Shown: positions 8,609 to 18,166 of the stretch, piece by piece | Numbering within the stretch: position 1 is the first letter of the stretch | Layout of the letters: the number at the start of each line of letters is the position of its first letter | DNA from: an uncultured Alphaproteobacteria bacterium | GTDB lineage: Bacteria > Pseudomonadota > Alphaproteobacteria > Rs-D84 | Assembly: GCA_944389345.1 (NCBI GenBank) | Contig: CALXMA010000001.1 | Coordinates: 69,117 to 133,116, forward strand | Direction of reading: 5' to 3' | Length of the DNA: 64,000 bases | The notes under the pieces: generated by a model | Told to the model about the DNA's origin: nothing | Database searches by the model: none | The model's input: the letters and a program-made list of their open reading frames with translations, nothing else | Position numbers and translations under genes: made by a program

Positions 8609-9760
8609 ATGAAGAAATATGACGTCATTATTATCGGTGCGGGGGCCAGTGGACTGGTCGCGGGCGCGGTCGCCGTCCGCCGTAGACAACGTGTCGCAAT
8701 TATTGATATGGGCGAAAATCCCGCGCGTAAAGTACGGGCATCTGGTGGTGGGCGGTGCAATTTTACAAACCAGGCCGTTGCCCCCAATCGATACTTTGGT
8801 AAAAATCCGGACTTTGTACGCGGGGCAATCGCACGCGTAACCCCAGATGATATTCTGGAATGGGCGCAAAATCACAAGATTCGTTATGTCCAGAAAAATC
8901 CCGGTCAGTATTTCTGTGCAAACGGCGCCGAAGATATCGTTAATGCATTAATGGATGATGCACGTGGTGCAGATTGTTATTTCGGTGTATCTGCGAATGA
9001 TATTATTCGCACGAACGGCGGATTTAATATATTGACCGATGGTGGCGATTTTATGTGTCGTTCTGTTGTTATCGCCACGGGTGGTGTATCGTATCCCAAT
9101 TTTGGCGTATCGGATTTTGGACACAAAATCGCAAAAAAATTCGGGCACAAAATTGTACCTGTTCGCCCCGCCCTGGGGCCGATACGTTGTAATATGTTTC
9201 CGCCGGAACTGTCGGGAATTTCAATTGACGTTGTCATAACAATTGGGCAAGAAAAAATACACGATTCTATGTTATTTACGCACTGGGGGCTGGGTGGACC
9301 GGCGATATATCGCGCAACGGTTCGCGACCAGAATGATTTTCATATTAATATGGCGCCCGGTGTCGATGTGTATGAAATTCTGCGTATTGCCAAACGCGAT
9401 GCCGGGCGTAAATCTGTTGCCGGTGTATTGTCCGAATTTTTACCCGCGCGATTGGCACGATGGATTTGTCCAAAGCCTGGTAATATCGCAGACTATAAAG
9501 ATTCGGAACTGGCCAGAATCGCAACACAAATTACAGACGTGATTTTGTCACGCGACGACATTCGTCCCATGGGGATGAACACTGCCGAAGTTGTACGTGG
9601 TGGCGTTGATGTCGCGGATATTTCGTCCAAAACAATGGAATCAAAATTGTGTCCCGGTTTATTCTTGGTTGGCGAGGTATTAGATATAGCCGGCGATTTA
9701 GGTGGGTTTAACCTGCATTGGGCGTGGGCCAGTGGACGCGTGGCGGGTGAAAATGTATAA
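8609..9760 (+). CDS. FAD-dependent flavoprotein, HI0933/YhiN (aminoacetone-oxidase-like) family
   Basis: MKKYDVIIIGAGASGL dinucleotide-binding motif, ASGGGRCNFTN, and C-terminal GEVLDIAGDLGGFNLHWAWASG, all typical of this family. Start moved to ATG 8609. Confidence 0.85.
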   Translation: MKKYDVIIIGAGASGLVAGAVAVRRRQRVAIIDMGENPARKVRASGGGRCNFTNQAVAPNRYFGKNPDFVRGAIARVTPDDILEWAQNHKIRYVQKNPGQYFCANGAEDIVNALMDDARGADCYFGVSANDIIRTNGGFNILTDGGDFMCRSVVIATGGVSYPNFGVSDFGHKIAKKFGHKIVPVRPALGPIRCNMFPPELSGISIDVVITIGQEKIHDSMLFTHWGLGGPAIYRATVRDQNDFHINMAPGVDVYEILRIAKRDAGRKSVAGVLSEFLPARLARWICPKPGNIADYKDSELARIATQITDVILSRDDIRPMGMNTAEVVRGGVDVADISSKTMESKLCPGLFLVGEVLDIAGDLGGFNLHWAWASGRVAGENV

Positions 9761-9769
9761 TAAATTCGA

Positions 9770-10246
9770 CTAGGCCACGCAGATGTCCGCAAATTTCAGT
9801 GGTATTAATTTTTCCAATTCGTTTGGCGTAATTTCAACCTGGGCACCGGGACGGCCCGCACTGAATATTATCGTTTCAAAATTTTTCGCAGATGCGTCCG
9901 CAACCGTCTGGAATTGTTTTTTCATACCAATCGGACTGCATCCGCCGTGTATGTATCCGGTCAGCCCCAGCAAATCGCGCATTTTTAACATATCTATGGA
10001 CTTTTCCCCGACGGATGTGGCCGCACGCTTTAAGTCCAGTTCCGCGCACACAGGCACCATAAACACGTAATTTCGCCCAGAACGTGCAACGGTTACCAAT
10101 GTCTTGAAAACCTGGTGCGGGTTTTGACCCAATGCGCTTGCCACCGCACAACCATCGGGCGCAGTGGCGACATCATACGTATAATGCCGATACGGAACGT
10201 GATGCGCGTCCAAAATTCTCATCACATTGGTTTTTGATTCTGTCAT
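9770..10246 (-). CDS. ybaK: Cys-tRNA(Pro)/aminoacyl-tRNA deacylase, YbaK/EbsC family
   Basis: About 158 aa with TNVMRILDAHHVPYRHYTYD...HQVFKTLV...GYIHGGCSPIG, the pattern of the YbaK editing domain. Confidence 0.8.
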   Translation of the reverse strand: MTESKTNVMRILDAHHVPYRHYTYDVATAPDGCAVASALGQNPHQVFKTLVTVARSGRNYVFMVPVCAELDLKRAATSVGEKSIDMLKMRDLLGLTGYIHGGCSPIGMKKQFQTVADASAKNFETIIFSAGRPGAQVEITPNELEKLIPLKFADICVA

Positions 10247-10285
10247 AATCGAACTATATACCCGCATCAGGCGATGCGCAATATT

Positions 10286-10789
10286 TTAATGCTCGCGCAA
10301 CATGGCTAGGCGCGACACCAACGCGAAAATATCTATGTCGGACCTTTCGCGCCGGGGCATTTTACCAGCAATAAATTTTATACCGGAATTATCACGGGTC
10401 GCGGTAAATGTGCCATGCTGGATATAATTCAACGCGGGAAATGCCAATTTACCAAAACTGGGGAAATGAACACTGGTGATGCGTTTTCGCGCACTGTCCC
10501 AAATATTACACGAATTTGACCCACTGAGTGGTGAACCAATAATTGCGTATACGTACATGTTATCTGTATGCCAATCGGTGTCTTGCCACAGTACCAGCAA
10601 ATCGCCCAACATTAATTTGTGCGCGCCAATGTACAGCCCCGATACAGAACACCCAGGAATTTGCACGTTATAATATTCTGGGGTATTCAGAATCAGTGTG
10701 CGGTTTGCCAGTATCGTATCCAAATTATTAAACAAGTGTGAAATTGCGCCCCTGTCAACGGTCGGCGCAGAAACCATATATTTTTTCAT
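10286..10789 (-). CDS. Hypothetical protein (167 aa)
   Basis: Long ORF with an AGGAG-type SD (aaggagttttttt ATG). I recognise no motif. Confidence 0.5.
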   Translation of the reverse strand: MKKYMVSAPTVDRGAISHLFNNLDTILANRTLILNTPEYYNVQIPGCSVSGLYIGAHKLMLGDLLVLWQDTDWHTDNMYVYAIIGSPLSGSNSCNIWDSARKRITSVHFPSFGKLAFPALNYIQHGTFTATRDNSGIKFIAGKMPRRERSDIDIFALVSRLAMLREH

Positions 10790-10916
10790 AAAAAAACTCC
10801 TTATTTAGTCCATTAACGCAGGACAAGTCAGGATATAAATCCGCGTGAAACAACGTCTGTTGTTTCATTCTGTTATTATACACTAAATTTTTAGAAATTC
10901 AATTCTTTATTATGGG

Positions 10917-11345
10917 TTGATGATGGTATATAGTAAAACCATGACAAAATTAACACGTGGATTTTGTAATATGCGTGATGAAATATTGGCGCGATGCGCA
11001 AAAAAATATAAAACAAAACCAGAACACCTGTGGAAACGGTGGCCCGGGTATGTCGTATTACGACGCAATGACAACAATAAATGGTATGCCGTAATTATGG
11101 ACGTGCCACGCAATAAACTGGGGATGGATGGGCGCGACGTCATAGACATCATAAATGTTAAATGCGACGCGGGACTGTACGCATTATTACCCAAAGACGA
11201 TGGCATACGACGCGCATATCACATGGGCGGAACGTGGGTTTCTGTATTACTGGACGGGTCGGTTGATATCGACCAAGTATGGGCACTGGTCAACGCCAGT
11301 TATAATATCGTCGGTCAAACGAAACCGAAAAAGCACGCGCAATAA
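10917..11345 (+). CDS. MmcQ/YjbR-family DNA-binding protein (start uncertain; may be ATG 10971)
   Basis: ...KPEHLWKRWPGYVVLRRNDNNKWYAVIMDVPRNKLG...INVKCD...YHMGGTWVSVLLDG resembles YjbR-family proteins. Confidence 0.65.
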   Translation: MMMVYSKTMTKLTRGFCNMRDEILARCAKKYKTKPEHLWKRWPGYVVLRRNDNNKWYAVIMDVPRNKLGMDGRDVIDIINVKCDAGLYALLPKDDGIRRAYHMGGTWVSVLLDGSVDIDQVWALVNASYNIVGQTKPKKHAQ

Positions 11346-11354
11346 TTGCCCCCC

Positions 11355-12686
11355 CTAGTCTGCGTTATCGTTTGTGTCAGAATTCGAATCATGTTTCAAA
11401 TCTGCAAACATTTTGGTCATCGTGGGATTGCCACGGGTCAAACGTTTAATAGTCAAATCTTGGGCGCGATTATTTGCCAGACGCAGGTTGTTTTCAGTCC
11501 CCAACAATGCGTCTTTGATTTTTTGCAGATGGTCTATGGTTTTATCTATTTCTTCTATGGCCTTTTTGAATTTGTCAGACGCCAATGTGTAATTGCGTCC
11601 AAATTTTTCTTTGAATTCGTTTACTTCGGCTTCGAAATTAGAAACGTCTATATTTGTACGCTGGTAATCTGCAATTTGACGGCGGTACTGGACCGTGTTC
11701 AACGCAGAATTACGCAACAATGTTATAATCGGTATAAAACACTGGGGACGAACAACGTACATCTTGGGATAATGATACGAAACATCGACTATGCCCGCGT
11801 TGTACAATTCGCTGTCTGATTCCAACAAAGACACCAATACCGCGTATTCACAGCCCTTTTCGCGACGATCTTTGTCCAATTCTTTGAAAAAGTCTTCGTT
11901 TTTATGCTTAGTCGCGGTGGTATCCATTTCGTTTTTCATTTCAAACATTATGGATATAAATTCTGAATCTGGGTCGCCGGGCGTCGCAAAATCGCGAAAG
12001 ATATAATCACCCTTGCTTCCTGTCTTGACGTCGTTATCTTTGCGAAAATATGCGTTTTTGAATGCGGTCGATCGCAAAGAATTAAATTGATTTTCACAAT
12101 GCTGTTCCAGACTTTCACCCACCATTTTGGTCGACATACGCGTTTTCATATCTTTGTACAACGCAATTTCCGCGTCTTTGGCGCGCAGTGCAATCGCATG
12201 TTCGTTTTTCATGGATTCTTGTTTCAGGCGTAATTCAGAAATTTCCGTATCTTTGGCGCGCAATGTGTCTGAAATGCGATTTTTCATTTCGTTAACCGCC
12301 ATAGTTTTATCTTTTTCGCCGTCATCGATTTTGACTTTTAATAAATCAATTTGATGGCGCAGTTCGGAAATTTCCGCATCTTTGCGATTTTGTACGTCGG
12401 CAACCTGTAATTTTATTTCCGCGTCTTTGTTTTTTGCATCAGATTCCACGCGGGATTTTAATTCAATAATCTGGCGATTTAATTCCGCCACAGTTTTATC
12501 GTTGTCTTGGGCGATTTTTGTTTCGGCCAGTTCCATTTTAGCACGCGTTTCACGTTCGTACTGGGCCAGACGTTCGTGTAATTCATTATGAAATTGCTGG
12601 TCACGAACCTGGGCCACGATGGCCGCATAACCAGATTCATCAATCGAAAATACCGTGCCACATTTTGGACATTTAATTTCTTGCAT
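11355..12686 (-). CDS. DUF2130/RmuC-like coiled-coil protein with N-terminal zinc ribbon
   Basis: Start moved to [20 protein letters not shown] (ATG 12686), because the longer track ORF overlaps argS. It has a long Lys/Glu coiled coil and a C-terminal region (GDYIFRDF...FEMKNE...CEYAVLVS) that looks nuclease-like. Confidence 0.7.
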   Translation of the reverse strand: MQEIKCPKCGTVFSIDESGYAAIVAQVRDQQFHNELHERLAQYERETRAKMELAETKIAQDNDKTVAELNRQIIELKSRVESDAKNKDAEIKLQVADVQNRKDAEISELRHQIDLLKVKIDDGEKDKTMAVNEMKNRISDTLRAKDTEISELRLKQESMKNEHAIALRAKDAEIALYKDMKTRMSTKMVGESLEQHCENQFNSLRSTAFKNAYFRKDNDVKTGSKGDYIFRDFATPGDPDSEFISIMFEMKNEMDTTATKHKNEDFFKELDKDRREKGCEYAVLVSLLESDSELYNAGIVDVSYHYPKMYVVRPQCFIPIITLLRNSALNTVQYRRQIADYQRTNIDVSNFEAEVNEFKEKFGRNYTLASDKFKKAIEEIDKTIDHLQKIKDALLGTENNLRLANNRAQDLTIKRLTRGNPTMTKMFADLKHDSNSDTNDNAD

Positions 12687-12760
12687 ATTTTTCCCCGCGT
12701 GCGTTTGATGTTGATATAAAGCAAAATCCCCCGAACGGGGGACCATGGGTTGGATGATTA

Positions 12761-14497
12761 TTACATCACCTCTTTCAATGTGCACCCCAACGTTCTTAAT
12801 CCGTTGGCGATTACGTTCTTGAACGCCATAACCAGCAACATGCGATTATCAGTCCCGGTTTTGTCGTCTTCGTTTATTAATTTCACACCACTGTGTGGCG
12901 CCCACAACGAATGGAATGTGGCGGATAAATCTTCCATGTATTTGGTCAGCAAATTCGGCGCCTTGTTTTTACCCGCACTTTCAATCACCTTGGGATAATC
13001 GCCCATTAATCTGATCAGGTCTTGTTCAACCTTGGTCGTAGACGCATAATCATATTTGTTCTGGGACAATTTATCCAAATCGCCCGGATACAGATTTTCA
13101 TATTTCTTTAACACCGAATTAGCACGCGCGTACGCATACTGCATGTAATACACCGGATTGTCTTTGGATTGTTCTTTGGCCTTTTGCAGGTCGAACGTCA
13201 TCTGGGTATCTGGGCTTTTTATCACCATAAACAATCTTAATACGTCGGCGTCAATTTCGTCCAAGACGTCTTCTATCATAACAAAATTGCCGGCGCGTTT
13301 GGACATTTTGAATGGCTTGCCATCTTTTTCCAAATTAACAATTTGACACAAGACGATATCCAAATCCGCACGATTGTCGGTAACCGCACCCAATGCCGCC
13401 TTGATACGTTTGACATAGCCACCATGGTCCGCACCCCAAACGTCAACCTGTTTTGCAAAACCACGTTTGTATTTATTCCAATGATACGCAATGTCGGACG
13501 CAAAGTATGTTGTTTCACCACTGGCACGGGCAATAACACGATCGGCTTCGTCGCCAAATTCTGTGGATTTGAACAATAATTGTTCTGTGGGCGTCCAATC
13601 TTCTTCGGCTTCGCCCAACGGTTTTGGTAATGTACCAACATACAGCAAACCACGGTCTTGCATATATTTAATCGTGTCGGACACCTGGCCAGATTCAACC
13701 AATTCGCGTTCAGATGTAAACACGTCGAATTCAATGTCTATTTTGCGCAAACTGGCCTTGATTAATTCCATCATGGCACCCGTGGCAATTTTCTTGAAAT
13801 ATGGCACATATTCATCTTCGGTCGCGTTCAGCCATTTGTCCCCGTCCCTGTTTTTAATTTCGGTTGCAACCGGTATCAAATAGTCGCCAGGATACGCACC
13901 ATCGGGCAGTGTTTCACCATCATGCAGACCAAATAATTCTTGATAACGCCAAAACACAGAATGCGCCAGAACATCTACCTGGTGTCCATAGTCGTTAATA
14001 TAATATTCTTTGGTAACGTCAAAGCCGTTCTTTTTCAGCAAACGCGCCAATACATCGCCCAAAATCGCACCACGTGCGTGTCCGATATGCACAGGCCCCG
14101 TCGGATTGGCCGACAAAAATTCTATATTTACCTTTTCCCCGCCACCAAAATCTGTATTTCCGTACGTATCCGGGTTCTGCAAAATATTGTTTACCAAATC
14201 TTGCCACAGCGAATCCGATATATTTATGTTTATAAACCCGGGCCCCGCCACAGAAACATCCTTGATTCCGTCAATCTGTTGAATGTATGGCAACAGCATA
14301 TTGGCGATTTCACGCGGATTTTTACCCAATTCGCGCGTTAAAACCATCGCAACATTGGTGGAAAAATCACCAAAATCACGATTTTTTGGGACTTCTACCA
14401 CCACGCCGTCCCATGCGGAATCCGAAACCCCGGCCAGTTCGGGAATGTCCTGTAATTTTTGTTTAATTTGTCCAGATATTAATTTGTAAATATTCAT
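12761..14497 (-). CDS. argS: Arginine--tRNA ligase
   Basis: [15 protein letters not shown] (HIGH region), MSKRAGNFV (KMSK-like) and the overall ArgRS layout. Start at [12 protein letters not shown]. Confidence 0.95.
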   Translation of the reverse strand: MNIYKLISGQIKQKLQDIPELAGVSDSAWDGVVVEVPKNRDFGDFSTNVAMVLTRELGKNPREIANMLLPYIQQIDGIKDVSVAGPGFININISDSLWQDLVNNILQNPDTYGNTDFGGGEKVNIEFLSANPTGPVHIGHARGAILGDVLARLLKKNGFDVTKEYYINDYGHQVDVLAHSVFWRYQELFGLHDGETLPDGAYPGDYLIPVATEIKNRDGDKWLNATEDEYVPYFKKIATGAMMELIKASLRKIDIEFDVFTSERELVESGQVSDTIKYMQDRGLLYVGTLPKPLGEAEEDWTPTEQLLFKSTEFGDEADRVIARASGETTYFASDIAYHWNKYKRGFAKQVDVWGADHGGYVKRIKAALGAVTDNRADLDIVLCQIVNLEKDGKPFKMSKRAGNFVMIEDVLDEIDADVLRLFMVIKSPDTQMTFDLQKAKEQSKDNPVYYMQYAYARANSVLKKYENLYPGDLDKLSQNKYDYASTTKVEQDLIRLMGDYPKVIESAGKNKAPNLLTKYMEDLSATFHSLWAPHSGVKLINEDDKTGTDNRMLLVMAFKNVIANGLRTLGCTLKEVM

Positions 14498-14643
14498 TTT
14501 TATCGCCTGTGATTTGTTTTTATAAACGCCTGAGCCAATCATAATAATTTTATTATTATTTTCAACCTATTTATGAACCGGACGATATCAAAATAGGAAT
14601 ATACCGCATTGCGAAATCCCGACATCTGTGTTGTGCACATTCA

Positions 14644-15678
14644 TCATACAGGGCTTATACAGGATTTTAGTTTTTCAAACGAATCCGACGTGTTTTCATT
14701 GCCGTTGACTTGTTTTACATTCCCGGCAGATACAGACGCGCACTGGGGATTCTTGTTTGTAAACAATCTGCCAGAATATGGGTGCGACCCACCAGTTTTA
14801 TATTGATGCAATTCTGGGATAAAATCGACCATCCCGGAACGAGTATAGATAGGTGTGCCCCGCCCCATTACATAGCGAATTAAACATCTTGTAAAAAACC
14901 AGGAAGATAGCCCCGTGATTAACGCAATATTATCGTTGTCATTGGGACTGCCAAATATTTCTGAGGCGTATGGGACCAATTCTATATCCGCGACCCAAGT
15001 ATGCACCGGACCACAAGCCCCAGAAACTTGGTTCAAACCATTCTTTACATTTGTTATATTTCTGTTCCACCATATTTGTCCCTTGTCTTGTGGATTACAA
15101 ACAATCTGTGGGTAATCTGTTCTTAAAAATACAAAGCCATTATTATAGGTTGTTGGCATCTGTAAATTATCCAAAATTGTCTGTGTCCACGGGTGCTGAT
15201 TAATACGTTTTGAGTCTTGGAAATAATCCAGACCCGGATTTTTTAATAACATTACGAATCTGGCGGTCTTCAAATTACCAACAAACGGCGTTGGCAGTAA
15301 GTTTGTTGTTTTTATTTCCCGTTTTTTGCCACCGTATTTAATGTTATGTTTGTCAATAACGCCCGCATCATGATTGTTCAATATAAATTGTGGCACTTGG
15401 GTATTCGCTTTATAATTTCTGGCATAGACCGCCCACGGATTAAAAGTGTTAATATAATGTTCTAATGCCATCTGTTGCAGTTCATTGGCAATCGTTTTAT
15501 CGCCCGACGTCGCGGTCAAATCTGCTGTGATACCATCAAATTTATTAATGATTTTTTGCATTAAATCTGTGGGCGTTTTCCATTTTTTATATATTTCTTC
15601 ACATGAATTGACCCAGATCAATTTGATGCCCGTTAATTCATCTGTCAGATTTTTTAGTTCTTTTAATTGGGTTTGCAT
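14644..15678 (-). CDS. Hypothetical protein (344 aa), orphan gene next to the att scars
   Basis: ATG 15678 follows the SD AAGGA. The longer track ORF would run into the tRNA-Ser fragment at 15754-15780. No confident family assignment. Confidence 0.55.
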   Translation of the reverse strand: MQTQLKELKNLTDELTGIKLIWVNSCEEIYKKWKTPTDLMQKIINKFDGITADLTATSGDKTIANELQQMALEHYINTFNPWAVYARNYKANTQVPQFILNNHDAGVIDKHNIKYGGKKREIKTTNLLPTPFVGNLKTARFVMLLKNPGLDYFQDSKRINQHPWTQTILDNLQMPTTYNNGFVFLRTDYPQIVCNPQDKGQIWWNRNITNVKNGLNQVSGACGPVHTWVADIELVPYASEIFGSPNDNDNIALITGLSSWFFTRCLIRYVMGRGTPIYTRSGMVDFIPELHQYKTGGSHPYSGRLFTNKNPQCASVSAGNVKQVNGNENTSDSFEKLKSCISPV

Positions 15679-15753
15679 GATTGGTCCTTTTACATGTGCT
15701 ATTTTTACAATATAACACAAGAATGCGACAAACCTGGTCATAATGTCAATTTT

Positions 15754-15780
15754 ATTATTCCCAGCGGAGACGAAGGGATT
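15754..15780 (-). repeat. att-like scar 1: copy of the tRNA-Ser 3' end plus its downstream flank
   Basis: attattccCAgcggagacgaagggatt versus 30335-30361 attattccTGgcggagacgaagggatt (25/27 identical). Confidence 0.75.
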
Positions 15781-15939
15781 ATTTCGCTGTGCTTCATCGC
15801 CTGGCAAAATTTGCGCATGCGCGCAAACCGGCGTACGCCCGTCCGCCTTTTTGCGGCGGTTCGAACCCTTGTCCCCGGGTTCGAATCCATATTATCAAAC
15901 ACAATAAAAAATCACGCCCGTTGGGCGTGTTTTTTATTG

Positions 15940-15960
15940 TGGCGGAGACGAAGGATTCCC
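15940..15960 (-). repeat. att-like scar 2: degenerate tRNA-Ser 3' end
   Basis: tggcggagacgaagg-attccc versus tRNA tggcggagacgaagggattcg. It is preceded by a bidirectional hairpin terminator (15906-15935, CACGCCC-GTT-GGGCGTG). Confidence 0.65.
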
Positions 15961-16121
15961 TCGCACGGCACAGTGTGCCGGCTGTGGGGCAACCGTAACG
16001 ATTTGACAGCGTTGTACTTGTCAAATCTACTTGTTGTCGAACCTGCAATCTGCGATTGCGATGGATTCGCACCGTTTCATTTCACTGGGAATAATAAAAA
16101 ATGCCCTGCGTGGGCATTTTT

Positions 16122-16135
16122 ATTATTCCTGGCGG
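16122..16135 (-). repeat. att-like scar 3: 14-nt repeat of the tRNA-Ser terminal CCGCC plus downstream flank
   Basis: attattcctggcgg is identical to 30335-30348. It is preceded by the hairpin ATGCCC-TGCG-TGGGCAT. Confidence 0.6.
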
Positions 16136-16202
16136 TGCAAGAAACCTTTTACATTTGGCTTATGAAAGACCTGCGCCCAACACACGAACGAAAGGGTTAA
16201 AA

Positions 16203-16381
16203 ACAGGGAAAAACAGGGAATTTTTGCAAAAAATGGTCTTTCTAGGCAATTTTTACACAACCCACGATAGAACACGTCCGCAGATTTTCGGTGTTTTACC
16301 CTACCAGCCACAAAATTCCCTGCAAAAATAACAGGGAATTTTTCAGAACATATCAGGGAATTATCAGCGAATAACAGGGAA
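16203..16381. repeat. Array of six CAGGGAA heptamers (five direct, one inverted) at the island's left end
   Basis: ACAGGGAA at 16203, 16213, 16331 and 16374; TCAGGGAA at 16353; inverted TTCCCTG at 16316-16322. Confidence 0.7.
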
Positions 16382-16491
16382 CTTTATTTCAGCCCCCATT
16401 CCACACAAAACAAACCAAAATGCGCCAATATTACCCAACTTTGACATTGTGGTATGCCTGTGATAGTTTATATACAACCAAGGGACTAGCT

Positions 16492-16620
16492 ATGGCTGAA
16501 ATTAAAAAAATATTTAACGAATATGGTCTGGACTTTGATAACAACAAATATGGTATTGGCCAAAGCAGCGAAATAGAATATACCGACGGCACTGAAAGCA
16601 GGACTAACAAAAAAAGTTAA
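16492..16620 (+). CDS. Possible small protein (42 aa)
   Basis: ATG 16492 follows the SD AAGGGA. The peptide is MAEIKKIFNEYGLDFDNNKYGIGQSSEIEYTDGTESRTNKKS. No other support. Confidence 0.3.
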   Translation: MAEIKKIFNEYGLDFDNNKYGIGQSSEIEYTDGTESRTNKKS

Positions 16621-17191
16621 AATAAATCATATCCAAGCGCGTTATTTTCGTATTTGGATTGGTAAAAAAGTCCTGATAATAGATTCTGACAAGCCCCACT
16701 TTTCAATTCGCGACAAAAAGCGTTGGAACTTCAAAGTAGTATACGGCAGAAGCGGCAAATAACTATTTTATAACATTCTCATTCTTTCATAAATTATTAT
16801 ATATTTATTTTTCTTGAAATTTAATAACTATCGGTAGGAATTATTAACAATAATATTTAATGCCATCTATTGTAAAATCAAGCCACTATTTGCGTACCGA
16901 TTTCAAAAATTATACATTGTGCCAACATCCAAACCCCACTCTTTCTTGACTATATTTTAGAAACAAAATGCACTATTATAAGAGCAGGAGTGACATTTAT
17001 GTACACGAAACATTGAGTTAAAATTCTTGTAACAATCGTAAAACATAAGACCAATAGCCCTTAAGTTTAAACGTATTTTTGATAGGCTGATAAGTTTTAA
17101 ACAATCTAAATACTCAACTAAAAAAGATTATAAAAAGCGATAAATTGTGCGCCCCTTATAAAAAATATACTTCCCTTATCTATAGAATGCC

Positions 17192-18166
17192 TTATTTGTT
17201 ATTAAATATTTTATTTATAACTTCCTCAAAAGAAATCTGACCTTTAGAAAAGTCTTTTGTAATTTGTAGATATTCATTAGATGAAATCAATCCAGTAATA
17301 ACAAACTTATTTTCTGGCCTACCTAGTCTTTTGCAAACTATACTCAATAAAGAATTCATCTGTTCTACAAATTCTTCCCTAACTTTAGCACAAAAATAGG
17401 CCCTTTTTAGTTGACTATAAAGAAAATAATACTCTGTTATGTCTTCGGAACTTTCAAATCTTCCACAACCTACATCTGCAAACATCCTTTTATGAAATAA
17501 TTTTTCTTCTTTAATACCATCAAACTGAACACCATGTTTCTGGCAGTTTATATGAGTTTCTGCAAAATTAACAGATCCAAGCATACAAGAGCGTAGTGCG
17601 AATTTTGGAAATTTTTTCAAAAATATTTTAGGGGCACGCAAAATAAAGAAATCGTCTTTATCAAAATAGATCTGTTTTTGCCCATCTTCAGGAAAATTGT
17701 TCTGTAATGTCGAATTTATGTATTTTGCTTTGTTCTTCGGGAATTTTTGATAATATTTCCCACGTAACCATGAAAACCTCAATGATCGTGCTGAAAATTG
17801 AAAAAAAGACACCTCGCCATTTTTTATAAATATTTCTAATCCAATTTTACTTTCATAAAACAACTCTCTTAACTTGCTCTTGAAAAATTCGCTCATATCT
17901 CTATCGCAATAATGGCTGCAATTTCTGCAAAAGGCTTTATAAATTATATCATCATCATTTTGCAACGATAGTTGCCAATCACGACTATTTAATTTGGGTG
18001 GAAACGCGTATATTTCTACATCTTCTGCAAAAGATTGATGATAGGAATCCATATATATTTGCTTGTTTTTGCGGCGCTTTCCCTGCCTAAAAAAATGTTC
18101 TAAATATGGTTCTGGCCACAAATCAAATCCCATTGGAAAAAGAAAAGTTTTATTTTGCTTCGTCAT
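17192..18166 (-). CDS. Hypothetical protein (324 aa), downstream gene of an uncharacterised two-gene operon
   Basis: Its start overlaps the stop of the 889-aa ORF by 17 nt. Cys/His clusters CRNCSHYCDRD and HINCQKHG. No family recognised. Confidence 0.7.
   Translation of the reverse strand: MTKQNKTFLFPMGFDLWPEPYLEHFFRQGKRRKNKQIYMDSYHQSFAEDVEIYAFPPKLNSRDWQLSLQNDDDIIYKAFCRNCSHYCDRDMSEFFKSKLRELFYESKIGLEIFIKNGEVSFFQFSARSLRFSWLRGKYYQKFPKNKAKYINSTLQNNFPEDGQKQIYFDKDDFFILRAPKIFLKKFPKFALRSCMLGSVNFAETHINCQKHGVQFDGIKEEKLFHKRMFADVGCGRFESSEDITEYYFLYSQLKRAYFCAKVREEFVEQMNSLLSIVCKRLGRPENKFVITGLISSNEYLQITKDFSKGQISFEEVINKIFNNK

Noticed and set aside
15760-16135. Possible two-piece (permuted) tmRNA gene. The idea arose from acceptor-like ...CGTCTCCGCCA ends, T-loop-like GGTTCGAA motifs and several stable hairpins, with smpB also in the window.
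   Set aside because: I could find no tag reading frame ending in the usual ...(L/V)AA-stop, no GGGG 5' acceptor partner and no intact T arm. The fragments match the tRNA-Ser 3' end and are better explained as att scars. An ARAGORN or Rfam tmRNA scan would settle it.
15667-16331. ORFs 15667-16200(+), 15789-15998(+), 15794-16072(-), 16101-16331(+) and 16123-16311(-).
   Set aside because: They run across tRNA-Ser fragments, two hairpin terminators and the CAGGGAA repeat array. This region is non-coding integration debris.
16203-16381. CAGGGAA repeat cluster considered as a CRISPR array.
   Set aside because: The repeats are only 7-8 nt, irregularly spaced (10-120 nt), and one is inverted. There are no cas genes in the window. 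I saw no CRISPR-like array anywhere in it.
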